A DNA stretch of 63,878 nucleotides, filler included, from Blastocystis sp. subtype 4 (taxonomy: Eukaryota), in NCBI RefSeq assembly GCF_000743755.1. It is 6 parts of 6 records of this genome, joined end to end, with 100 filler letters (N's around TTAATTAATTAA, not from the genome) between each part and the next. Parts side by side here need not be neighbours in the genome. Positions count along the whole stretch, not along the records: positions 43,581 to 54,219 come from NW_014569222.1; positions 54,320 to 63,878 come from NW_014569197.1; 4 more parts are not named here. The stretch is one strand, 5' to 3'. Below, piece after piece: positions 51,273 to 62,880 of the stretch. Within the stretch, counting starts at the first letter, position 1. Each line of letters opens with the position of its first letter. The position numbers and the translations under genes were made by a program. The notes under the pieces were generated by a model. The model had not been told where the DNA came from. It worked only from the letters and a program-made list of their open reading frames with translations, and did not search any database.

Positions 51273-52354
51273 ATGGAGTTTGGAGACCTTGTAAAGTTAC
51301 GACCTAAGAGAAGGTTCTTTTCTAAAGAGGTTTCCAAGATTAATTTGGAGAAAAGACTAGAGAGAGAGAGATCAAAGAAGGAGGAACGTGAAAAGTTAAA
51401 CCAACGAGGACCTTATACGTGGCAAATGAATGTAACAGTAGATGTGGATGGAAAACAAGTCAACATTGTTAAGCCTATCATTCACCAAGAAGCTGAGTAC
51501 TATCCATTCGGAGATATTAAGTTTCTGCAGAGGAGTAACGAAATCCGGGAACTCTTAAAGAAGAAACAAACTGATACATATGGAGTGGCATATGTTGGAA
51601 ATGAAGCTCGGTTTTGTGATGTTATCCGGTATGACAATTTATTCGACCAAGAAAAGGTATACAAGCGGAATTACACAAACAGAACGGATGTAAAGGAGTA
51701 TGTGAAGAATTGTAATGATCCACTTTGTGAGTCTCAAGCCCTATTCTCTGATTATTCAAAATCTGCTTATGATCTTGGATATGAGTGTTTTGATGATTAC
51801 GTCGATCCTCGTTACCACTATGATTCACAGTCTTTAGCAAACTCAAATCAAGTGGATATGCCGAGAATTGAGTGTGGTATTGATGGTTGCTGTTACAGCT
51901 GTTATGAAGAAGGTATTCTAAATGAGCATAAAGAGAGACATGGTAACGAAAAGGAATATCCATTCAAGTGTCTGAATGAAAAGTGTTTTCATCGTTGCAA
52001 AGACCGAGTAGAATTGAAGATGCATATGTTGGAACATTGCAAGACCATCTATCCTTGTTCTTTCCCTGGTTGTCGTACGATCCAATCTTTTCCATTGGAT
52101 GAGGGAAGACACTTCTATAAGCATCTCAAAAAGGAAGGAAATCGTAACAAAAAGTGTCTTGGACACCAACTTTGCTACGTTTGTCATAAAATGGTTCGTA
52201 ACTTCTCAAGACATAGGAAACAACATCCTGAACTGTTGATGAATTGTCCATACCCGGGATGTAACAAGAGGTTTTCGGGTATAGTGACTTGGTTTAATCA
52301 TCGTGATGTTCATGTAATAGCCGAAATGAGAAAGCGATTTTCTGAAAACAAATG
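51273..52354 (+). CDS. C2H2 zinc-finger protein, intronless; stop probably TG+A (genomic ORF to 52385)
   Basis: C-x4-C...H-x3-H fingers. TGTTTGTT at 52359-52366. Confidence 0.8.
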
Positions 52355-52369
52355 CAACTGTTTGTTTAC

Positions 52370-52828
52370 TCACAAATCTGGATAGTTTGCTGCCATTTCC
52401 TTGTATCGCTTTTCGAAGTACTGTAATTGTTTCTACGAATAAGAAAAGAAGAGCAACAGAACAGTAACGCTCTCAATCTTTTGATTCAATTCTTTTACTT
52501 TTTCCTTAAGCTGGGATTCAGCAGTATCATGTGGCTGTGTCATGTACATAGTTCCTAAAAGTGACTCACGAAATAAATAATTACCAAACGAACAGAAAAT
52601 ATCCTTGCTGGGATCCAATTCCGAAAGCTTCTTGAGAGTGATTTGTGTCTGTTCCAACTCTCTATTCAATTTCATCAGTTCTGCTTTTGACATCTGACTG
52701 TTGTTGTACATCGTCTGATACTCCTTCTTTAGCATCGCTCTCTACCTATTACATCGAGATCCATGTCTCACTTGGTCCGGAGTGATATCAGATTTTGTCT
52801 CAGCTGATGCTTGTCGTGATTTCTCTGT
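52370..52828 (-). CDS. Prefoldin beta-type subunit (PFDN1-like); start uncertain
   Basis: Coiled coil, ITLKKLSEL...IFCSFG|TMYM beta hairpin, then LKEKVKEL...KQLQYFEKR. Confidence 0.7.
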
Positions 52829-53079
52829 CTATTGGTTAAAGAATCAACTTGGAGACAACTTCAACAGGTTTGCATTCTTTTCTGTGGCCATTCTTCCAAT
52901 GTTCCAATTGGCATTCTTTCGAACAATAACAGGCAGTTTTGCATCGTGAACACTTCTTGAACTCGCCTATTCTCATAACCATACTATATCAAGAATTTAC
53001 CAGGTTTAGATTCTGTGTTTCCACAAGTTGGATTTGAACAACTCCTCACAGAACTCATCTTCTCTTCTTGTCTTGAGTT

Positions 53080-54102
53080 ATGGGAGATCAAAAGATAATA
53101 AAAACCCCGAGCATGAGTATTTATTGTTTTGCTATCTCTGAGAATCGTGTGAGGTTGCTTGGAACTGTTGTGCGAATGCCATGTTTCATTTTTTGGTTAG
53201 TATATGTCCGGCATTAGTTCAGCTTATTGGTTGTTCTTCAGGTGAATATGTGGGAAATAGTTCAGTTACATATTCTTCTTTACTCTCTATTAATGATGTT
53301 TGGTTGTTAATTGCTGAATGTATCGATATTATTCTATTTGTATTCCTCCTCATTGTGTTTGAAAAGAAGACGAAGTCAAAATCATGGCATCTAACTAAAC
53401 AACTATTTCGTTCTCTTTTCACTTTCAAAGTAGTTGATGATTGCGTTCATGTGTTACCTGTTATTCTGAAGTGTGCATCAGGATCAGAACCATCCTTTGT
53501 TGCTTCAAATCTCTCGCTCTACGTTTCTCCTATCATACGCGGCATTGTTCTCGTTACAGGTGTTCGGTAGTATTGGGTCTATTTACTGATATCTAGAGTT
53601 GATACACTGGGTAAAGAATGGGGAAAAGAGTTCTTTGGCGTTATTGTTTCCTATGTTCTTGTATCCTATACTGTTTCTATTATTATTACCGTCTCGTTGT
53701 ATCAATCGAAGTTTTTTGTTTTAGTGGCATGGATAGTGTAATTATGGTATTGATTATTCATTAATAGAGTCGATGTGTTTTTCTGTATTGTATTTTTCTA
53801 TTGTATAAACATAACGAAGAACCGACTCCTTGATAAGAACATGTATTCGGAGGCAGACATATCTCGTCACTATCAAACAGCTGGTATAATTTCCATGTTG
53901 TTAGGATTACTGCTTTACATAGTATACACTCCCATTTATGTGGATTTGCAGACAATTAACGAGGACTACCATTGGATGTATGAAAGTTGTTTATCTCCTA
54001 TGTAGATTCGATGTACTGATATGGAATTTGAATCACCTCATTTTCGGTATCTTAGCCGTGCGTTCCTGGTTGAAGAATGTGAAATCGAATCAAATCAAGT
54101 AG
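53080..54102 (+). CDS. Hypothetical multi-pass membrane protein
   Basis: Hydrophobic exons joined by ~30-nt introns, ending WLKNVKSNQIK*. TGTTTGTT at 54121-54128. Confidence 0.55.
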
Positions 54103-54219
54103 TGAAGTACATTACATTGCTGTTTGTTTCTATTTCTTCTGTCACAAAAGAGAAATGAACTTTTGGGTTCCTGGAGCAGAGACGCCAGGAGTGGACCGAG
54201 AGTTCGAAGATGAGGGGAT

Positions 54220-54319
54220 NNNNNNNNNNNNNNNNNNNNNNNNNNNNNNNNNNNNNNNNNNNNTTAATTAATTAANNNNNNNNNNNNNNNNNNNNNNNNN
54301 NNNNNNNNNNNNNNNNNNN
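54220..54319. other. Assembly spacer
   Basis: N44-TTAATTAATTAA-N44. Confidence 0.97.
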
Positions 54320-54401
54320 GGATTTGAAAGAGGAAGAACTTCCAGATCAGAAATGTCCTGAACCCTTTGTGTACCACATCCCTGAAGCACCCAAAGAATA
54401 A
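54320..54401 (+). CDS. 3' fragment of an unidentified gene
   Basis: DLKEEELPDQKCPEPFVYHIPEAPKE* followed by TGTTTGTT (54404-54411). Confidence 0.55.
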
Positions 54402-54427
54402 TGTGTTTGTTTAACAAAGAGAGATAC

Positions 54428-54925
54428 CTAGTTTACATAGCCCTTAGCATGGAGGAAGCTGATGAGAGCATAAGGGGATGAATACGGTTTAACAGCTTGG
54501 TAAATGTTATGGAGACACTCGTTCACATCGGTCTTACATAGATCAAAGGTAACAGTAGGATCCTACACATGAACAGACACCACTAAAACAACATCACGAA
54601 TGATTAAGTAGAAGACAAATCCAACTGCAAAGAGAATGGTAATTAGGAACATACCAATGAAACAAGCCATGCGACAAGCACAACAAGACTGACAACACTT
54701 CTTCTTACTAGCACAATTGCAACAGCAACATTGGCAGCATTTCTTCTCACCATCACGGTTACAACAACAACACTTCTGATTACACTCTTCCTGCTTTTGA
54801 GTGGCATTGTCATGCACCTCTTCCTTCTTAGGAGTCTTCTCCTCTGGCTTCACTTTAGGCTCATTCTTTGTCTGTTGCTCCTTCATGTGCTTCTTCTTTT
54901 CCGTCTTGGATTTCTTGTCAGTCAT
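54428..54925 (-). CDS. Small single-TM protein with Lys-rich N-terminus and cysteine string
   Basis: CCCCNRDGEKKCCQCCCCNC...CCQSCCAC, then a TM helix, one intron, ending HAKGYVN*. Confidence 0.75.
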
Positions 54926-55046
54926 CGTTCTAAAGAAAAAATGGAACAGTACATGAGAAGAACGGTTATTTTCCTAATTTGGCATAGAATGATTAATATC
55001 TTTTGACAAACAAGATGATAAAAGGAAGTTAGAATACAATCATTTC

Positions 55047-56038
55047 CTAGTTCTGCTTGCCAAAACACTACGCATCAAATGACTTCATCCGTACTCACAA
55101 CTACAATGGGTTTATCTTTCAATAGATATCCATTCACGGTTGTTAATGCTTCTCTTGCCAATTCAACCGATGGAAATGTTACAAAAGCCTGTCCTTTCAT
55201 TCTTCCTTCCATCACACGGATTTGAAGACTCCTAATTATAAAAGCAGCCAGTAATCTAATACTCTTTTGCAAGATCATCATTATCAAAGAAGCAACCAAA
55301 CAATTGCAGTAAATCCGTTTCCGTAGTATCTTTAGCCATGTTCCGAAGATAAAGCTTGTTACTAGGTTCTCCATAAGAGTAATTGTTGAAAGCTTTCTGC
55401 TGATTCATTTCTTCCTTAGAAATGCGGTGTTTTAAGATTTCTTGACGTGGAATACACGTTCGCACAGCTGCAGGCTGAACAAAAAGGGTCTTAATATCCT
55501 TGTTTTCCACCAATACAACCCCAGCAGCCACTTGGGTAGGTTGTTCAGGAACAAAGAGAGTGGTTGCTGGTTCCGTCTTGTTGAATGGGTTGTCTTCGTG
55601 TATCCGCTTGTCACTGAATTCTACATCTTCATCCTCTTCTTCCTCTCCTCCTTGTTGTTTGAGGAGATTGGGTCCATAGTATTTGATGTCATCTGATTTA
55701 ACTGCTTCTGACGATGAAGGGAATTCAGGACGCTTTCGTTCAGGTCCAAAAGGTGGAGGCAAGTTCATCTTGTTCATCAAGTGAAGAACTTGTGTATATA
55801 ATTTTGGAACGGCAATAATAGCTTTGAAATGAAACTATACACAAAACACCGTACCATTCGTAATGTTCCGGACAATCGTTTCATTTATAGGAGGATAGGC
55901 ATATTCAAGGAGAGGAGAGGATCCATAATTAATTCTAATCCATTAAATGGTCATTCTCAGAGAGCACCCCAAAGATGGAGCAATTGGCTCCACTTGTTTC
56001 AATGGCTGTTGGGACTGCTTCTTCTCCGACTCGCTCAT
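55047..56038 (-). CDS. RNPC3: U11/U12 snRNP 65K protein (minor spliceosome), apparently lacking the N-terminal RRM
   Basis: EPIAPSLGINY..LEYAYPP..VPKLYTQVLHLMNKMNLPPPF and a C-terminal RRM (GEPSNKLYLRN, GRMKGQAFVTFP, KPIVVCFGK). Confidence 0.9.
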
Positions 56039-56074
56039 CCAAACAAACACCCAAGAACTAAACGAAAAAGAAGA

Positions 56075-57500
56075 CTAACAATTTGAAGAGTCCACATCAC
56101 CTCTTGTCACATCGGGATGATTAATCGCAATGATATTCTCTCCATCAACTAAAATACACCCGCAAAAGGCATTTTCACAATTGTGATCCTAATCCTCACT
56201 CTCATCTTTCATTTTTACTTTCGATGTGCTAAAGATGGTAATCACTTTGGCTCCCTTCCTCACCGACACTCCATTCGCAGTCGGTTCATGTGCTCGAAAG
56301 ATGTGAGTTAACTGATTACTGTTCATGAACTCATCCACAGCCTTCTGCCCATAACACACTGCTCCAGGACCTCGTTCACCTTCTCCAAACCCATTACTAT
56401 CCAAATGAGCTTCCTGTTGGTTCTGTGCTGGATCTGACCACAACAAATCTGTTACCAGCTGTTTGATCTCCAGATTCTCACCTGGTTGAAGGGTAGGGGT
56501 CAGAGTGTAAGGTACCGGAATCTGATCAATGACTTGAATCGCTGTAGTCTGCTGTCCATGGAAAGGACGTGGAATCCCTCCATGAACACAGAAGATCACA
56601 TCATCGATCGTTGCTGCCATCGGCAGATAGTCAAACACTTGATTAGTCTTCTCCCAAATCTAATTCACACTGGTCCATCCACTCATACCATCACTGCCAT
56701 ATCTTCAGAAAAACGTTCCTTCAATTGGCCCAAAAAACAACGATTCCCATAAAATTTGTCATAACCATTCACCACTTTCACTTCGTGATTTCCACGTAAC
56801 AGAAACACCTTTTCAGGTAACATGATCTTCTGAGCAAAAATGTATGCAAGAATCTCCAAACCGTACATACCACGATCCACATAATCTCCCAAAAATAGAA
56901 ATGTCCCTGGACTAAGGTGCATGCCTAATGGCCACATCGTATTAGCAAAAGCAAGGAGATCTGTCATGTTTCCATGAACATCTCCGAAGACGTACGAAGG
57001 CGATTGTAGTCGTAAAAGACGAGGCTCTGCTGATAATATGTGACCTGGACCTCAATGACCTGATCAACCACTTACACATTTCATCACATAAAAATAAATA
57101 TTGGCTCACAAACTCCTGAGAGGCAAAGAAAGGATTGGGAAGTGGATAACAACATTGCCGAACAATTTCTTCCAAGTAACTCTTATCTCCCTGTTCATTC
57201 AACGACTCAAGAATATCAGACGATGTCATACTCGCTGACCTACAGCTAATTCTAGATACGGAAAACCAACCTCGCCAAGTGTCGCTTCGCCAAACCGTTC
57301 TGATAGAACGTGTAGAGTGTTGGTGCGATCGTAAAGTTCTTCTTCACTTTCTTTTCGCTTTCGTTAACACGACCCAACTCCATTCGCAACTCCATGATCT
57401 CATTCATCATATTAAAACAGTTTGGACAATAGGAGTACGATGGTAGATTTGCTTCTGGAGTCGCATCTGTATCAAGGTGTTCATGACTTACCAACTCCAT
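56075..57500 (-). CDS. PPP-family Ser/Thr protein phosphatase (start uncertain)
   Basis: GDVHG, GDYVDRG, LRGNHE, HGGI, LLWSDP, RAHE, TIFS. Confidence 0.92.
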
Positions 57501-57691
57501 GTTCCGGAGTCTGAATTGAGAAGAGTAATTCAAATCCAATAAATGAAATGCAAACTAATCCAATTCTCCTCCAAAAGAGTAAGAAATGCAAATCATGTCA
57601 AAAGAACAATAATTGGGCCTCATTCGGCTATCTAACGAAGAATAATAATTTGATTTGTAGTACGTTTAAAAACAAAAAGAACAAACTAAAA

Positions 57692-58228
57692 AATCATCAA
57701 GAAACTCTTGTAAAATGACAGCAGCCGCATTCTGATCTTTCTTCCGAAGCCCCTCATTCCAGTCTCTACGCCGCTTTCCTGAGTATGGTTCCATGGCAAT
57801 TTGAGTCGTGTACAGTTCATTGTGATAAACGATTGGAATGGTGATTCCGCTGTTCTTCAAGAATTCGTGGACAAAAAACTTGACATCCTCACACTGAACA
57901 GACTCACTCCCATCAACTAAATATGGAAAACCGACAATCTACAGTTCCATTCAATAATTCCTTGTACCATTGCGAAAACTTTGTTTTCCTTCAAAATGGG
58001 ATACAGTAGATTCTCGTCTAACGAACACACACCTACAATCGCTAGCCACGCTCACAACACACACGAAGATCTCTGTAATGTTGTTTGTGGTAATGCAACT
58101 TTCAAAGAAGGATCCGAAAGAGCCACTCCAACATTGGTTGTGCCAACATCCAATCCAACAAGTCGAGGACGAATTCTCGAAACTTTAGAATAGATTTGTT
58201 TCAGCTGTGATGCTGAAACGACGGGCAT
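57692..58228 (-). CDS. YqgF/RuvX-family RNase H-fold nuclease; stop probably T+AA
   Basis: LVGLDVGTTNVGVALSD, IVGFPYLVDG, NELYTT, DQNAAAVILQEFLD. Confidence 0.85.
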
Positions 58229-58322
58229 AAAAGAGTCGAATGAAGTGACAAATAATTGAGCGTTTTCTATTCTCTTTCATCACTGATTCAGTTAAGTGGA
58301 TCATCCATCGACTGACTATAGA

Positions 58323-60437
58323 ATGCAGAGAAGAAGCCATTCCTCGCTTTTGATAGCAATCGGGATGATGTTGTTCTCCTCTGATTTGGTGCTTTGTAGT
58401 GATTTTTTTCTAAAGACACCAATATTCTGGAGAGGTTTAAATGATACAGAGCTAGGAAATGGTTTGGAACGCCGACTTCATGATTATTTGTCCTTATTTC
58501 CAACCTATGGAGATTCAAAAAAGCTGGGGTACTTTGTTTATTTCTTGAAAGATACTGTATAGATACTATTACTCTTTGGTGTATGTGGGAACGCCTCCAC
58601 AACGTCAGACAGTTATTCTAGATACGGGAAGTAGTATTTTAGCATTTCCTTGTTCCTCGTGATTCTGTCATTGCAGTGTGATTAGTAGATGTCCTGACTG
58701 TGGAGTACACCAGAATGCTCCTTTTAATCCATCTCTTTCAAAATCTATAGTGATATCCTCTGTTGTGATAATTGTTGAGTCTTTAACAGTACCCTGTGAA
58801 ATGCAACGAGACAATGTACAAAGGAAAGTGTACAGACTGCCGTAATAACCAATGTCATTTTACTCAAGTTCGTATTTCCTTTGGTTCTCACTTCTAGTCT
58901 TATTTGGAAGGAAGCAGTTTGAGTGGACCTCTCTTCTGGGATACGATTTGGTTAGGGGGAAATAAGGAAGATCCTGCTCATGTTCCTGTGGGTTCAGTAG
59001 CATCGTCTCGAATGTATGGAGTTACACAGCAATTTGGTTGCTTTACACATCTGAGTGGTTTGTTTAAAGCACAACTTGCTGATGGCATTATTGGTTTGGC
59101 CCCTCGTGGTATGCGAAATGACTGGATATAAGCATTAGAAATGTCCTATATCGGTCATTTCGAGCAAGACTTACCACGTTTAAGAAGAGAGAATCCGGCT
59201 AATTCCATTTCAGACATGTTTGGCTTATGTGTAATTGAAGGAGGTGGGTTCATGACACTCGGTGGAATTGACAAGTCAACCCTTCAATCTCCCTTATGTT
59301 ATACTCCATTCTCTTCATTAGATCGGTATTATCGTGTGAATGTGGAAAGTGTATATTTCGACCAGGAACGTGCACACTTGAAATTAGAGCGATGGAATGC
59401 GTAGGATTTTCGAATGGATGTTAGATTAGTCGAAATGGCATTATGATTGACAGTGGCTCCACATTCAGTTATGTTATTAGCAGTGAATACAATGTACTTA
59501 TTTCTGCCTTTAGAGAACAGCTGAAGCGAACGATGCTCAAAACGAGTCATCATTTGCAAGAAGTGAAACGTCTTCGAGTAGATATTTGAACATGAGTAAT
59601 ATCAAAGGAGCATGATTGTTACCGAATCAATGACACAAAAGAATTGCATTTATTCCCTACTCTTCGTCTTACTTTTTCTGGAGGATGTGTTATGCATGTT
59701 GAAGGCAGATATTATATGTTTTCACCAGTTGAGCATGTCTTCTGTATGGGGATCTATTCTGATCCTTCAACAGTGATTGGCAACAATATCCTTCAGAACC
59801 AAAACGCCGTTTTTGATTTGGAATCCAAACGATTTGGAATAGCAAAGGCGAATATATCCTTTGAAGCTAGTGTGTGAGTATCCTTAATGCGAACTGTGAT
59901 GGTCATACTGTGATTCGGAATCAGGACAGTGAGGACATTACCCGACCTTATGGAGCTAGGAACCGAAAGGTGACTCCTGCTAGAGTGAAAAGCGAATCGA
60001 AGTCAACTGTGGTCTCTCAGAACACTCCAAGAACCGCCTTTCCCTCTGTGACACGAGTTTCACTGCCATCCTCACCAACTGTACCAACAGAAAATGTAGC
60101 TCCTGTCAAAGTGGAGACAACAGCAAATCTGGACCAGACAAAGGTTGGTTCTGTCAGTATCCAACCTACTAATTCGGAGCCTATCAATTCGCAGTCTGCT
60201 AAAACTGAAAACCCCAATTCATCTCCTGAACGAGTAGCTCTTCATTCATTATCTACTTCGATTCTCTCAGTACAAATACCGTATAGAAATGCTGCTGGAC
60301 TACGAGATGATGTCAAGCAAATTGAAAAGGGATTGTCTCGTAGTATTCTGATTAATGCGGTATTCGTTTTTGTATTATGTATGGTAGCTCTACTTCGACG
60401 AGTTCTTTTCTGTGTTTCCTCCAAATCCATCAACTAA
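58323..60437 (+). CDS. A1 aspartic protease, plasmepsin-V/nepenthesin-like, with signal peptide, S/T/P stalk and C-terminal TM
   Basis: VGTPPQRQTVILDTGSS, CPDCGVH, SYLEGSS, DGIIGLA, MIDSGSTF, VIGNNILQN, RFGIAKANC. Confidence 0.92.
58753..58792 (+). other. U12-type AT-AC intron (40 nt)
   Basis: ATATCCTCT...TCTTTAAC-AGTAC. Removal restores SKSIV|PVKCNE. Confidence 0.85.
59854..59894 (+). other. U12-type AT-AC intron (41 nt)
   Basis: ATATCCTTT...TCCTTAAT-GCGAAC. Removal restores FGIAKAN|CDG. Confidence 0.9.
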
Positions 60438-60480
60438 TCCAACAAACATACACTAAATCAGCTATAAACTAATAATACAG

Positions 60481-60992
60481 TTATAAATACACCCCAAAGT
60501 GAAGAAGCTTAGCCGAAAATACAACTTCACCTGAGAGTCCCTTTGCTGAAACCGGAACCCAATCGGCCCTAGGCACAATGGGTCGGCAGTAACTGAGAGA
60601 TGGAGATGGAGCCATTGTTGTACATGGACTATAGGTACCAGCCTCTGGCTTGGCAACTATTTCAACTGGAACAGGAGCAGGACTGGGTGATAATTCCTCT
60701 CGACGAGGAGCAACCTTGGTATGACCAGAAGACCGAGTCATATTCATTTTCTCCAGCAGCAACTTCCTACGAAACTCACGCTTTTTTTGCTGCACTTCTA
60801 GAGGTAACTACAACACATCTTCATCCTACCCTTGTACTGTTGGCGCTGCCTGCACCGACAGTAGTCACAGTTGTGTGTGGTCGTTTCCGTATACAAACTG
60901 ATGAAATGATCGAGTGTCTTCTCCAAACCGCATGTCTTACACACTCGCGTCTGAACCTCTAGAGAACTCTTTGCGGAAGAAGCTACATCCAT
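60481..60992 (-). CDS. Small protein with CxxC...CxxC zinc finger and basic helix; one intron
   Basis: RVCKTCGLEKTLDHF...NCDYCRCRQRQQYK|EVQQKKREFRRK. TGTTTGTT at 60441-60448 (minus strand). Confidence 0.6.
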
Positions 60993-61398
60993 TCTGCAAC
61001 AAATAGATCGAAATTCAATGATGAAAGACACCAAGACAATCTTGTGTGGTAAACACAAAACACATGGAAACCCAATCAAATGCCAAAGAGCGAATGGGAA
61101 CCAATCAATGATAATATTCATAATCGCACACGCAATTTTACCTGGAAAGGCAGCAATAACTTACGATCAACTTAGAATAGAAATATACGTTATCAGATGG
61201 ATTCATTCAAATAGGAAAATAATCACTTTTAGTAATATTGCGTACTGTTGAGCAATATAGATCAAGAAAATTACTCTCTATTAGTCTGCGGAAAAAGATA
61301 GAAAAGGAGGCAGACTCACTATATCACTAGATTGAACACCTCAATTCTCCAGTTTTGGAATTAATATACAGAGACTCTTCTGTAAAGGGAGTTAGAAT

Positions 61399-62831
61399 AT
61401 GGAAAAGATGAATGAAGAGGGAAATTACTCGAATGGTGTGAATATGGGTTGCAATACTTGTAGAATTGATTATGATGATGATTCCAACAATCAGAAGAAC
61501 CAAAAGAGGTTGTATCAGTTTGGCACATCTTATGAATATCTTCGATCTATGACACTCTTTGAAGACTGTCGATTCGCCAATATTCTAGCATTATTACAGC
61601 ACTACCAACAAGACGTCCATGTGGTATCAGAATTAAGAAGAATCGAATCACTGTATCAATTAAAGCTGGTATATCCTGTGAATGGTATTGTTTGTAGATT
61701 CCACTTAGGAATGAGATCTTGTATATTAAACAAATAGAAGTGGCGCATCGGTCTCTCACCGTGTCAAAATATCTCCCTCCAATTTCTAGACTTGAGTTCA
61801 ATTCATGGGTTCGAGAAAAGAACTGCCCTTTCTTGGGTAATTGTAATTGAGGCCTCATGATTTTAGAACGAAATCGTCGAGAAGTGTGTTCTTCTTTTCT
61901 TCAGGAGATCGCCGCTTCAGAACAGTTATTCGTTCACCAAATATCATTTGAGTCTCCAAAAGACGGAATCAAGGTTCCGAGCAGTGTTTTCTCTGAGAAG
62001 GCCTTATACAATCAATTGGGTTCACTTCTTCAACAACAACTTGAGTTGAATATCCAGACATATCATTCGCTCTTTCACTGGGAAGATCAAGATGAAGTCC
62101 TTCTTCTTACGTCCCTGGACTCCATGCTTTCCTTCTGTATAGTTTCTCTTCAACTCCTTTCATTATGTTGTTATGTCAATTCCCAATTTACACCGTCTCG
62201 TTCTCTTCAATCCGAGATAGATTCTCTTTCCTTTTCGTTTCCTCCTCATATCACTATATCTACTCCTCTTCATGTTTCTTCGCCATCACAGCCTGAGTCG
62301 CAGTATCGTCATCTCTTAGATGTTCTCCAGTCAGCCTATCTTGGTATTCAGTCATTGGATCAAGTCAACTCATCCCAGCAAGAGGTTCTGTTCCTTTTAT
62401 CGAATCATCGAAGTGCTATTGAAGCGGCTTTTGATGCCTATTTGCACCAAGATGAACCATCTCCTCCTGTAGATGAATCGTTAGAAGAAGTGTTTGAGGA
62501 AAACGAATCATATCAGCATTCATTGCCACAACCGGAAAAGGAGGGTATTATGTACATTTATCAAGGTGTGTCTACTGGACAGCCCAAACCACCAAAACGA
62601 GAATTATATCCATCAAACTATCATTCCAGCCGTCAGTTGAAGCAAGAACTGCTTCGAGAAGTTCTTCTTCTTCAACAACAGGAATTTGACTCTATACCAA
62701 CAGAAATTGTGGGAGAAACGGAGTCTACCCAAGTGGACGTCGAAGAGAGGGTTGACAGGAAGGTTGTCAACTTCTTTTCATTCTTATCTAAACGTGAATC
62801 CAACGAGGATGTTTTAGAGTCATCTTTGTAG
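61399..62831 (+). CDS. Vezatin-like protein
   Basis: KQIEVAHRSLTVSKYLPPISRLE resembles the vezatin-domain motif QEVELVSRGY...PLPPISRIE, recalled from fungal homologues. Confidence 0.5.
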
Positions 62832-62880
62832 TTTGTTTGTTTGATTAGTCCAAACGAAGAAATTGACAAGATTCACAACA

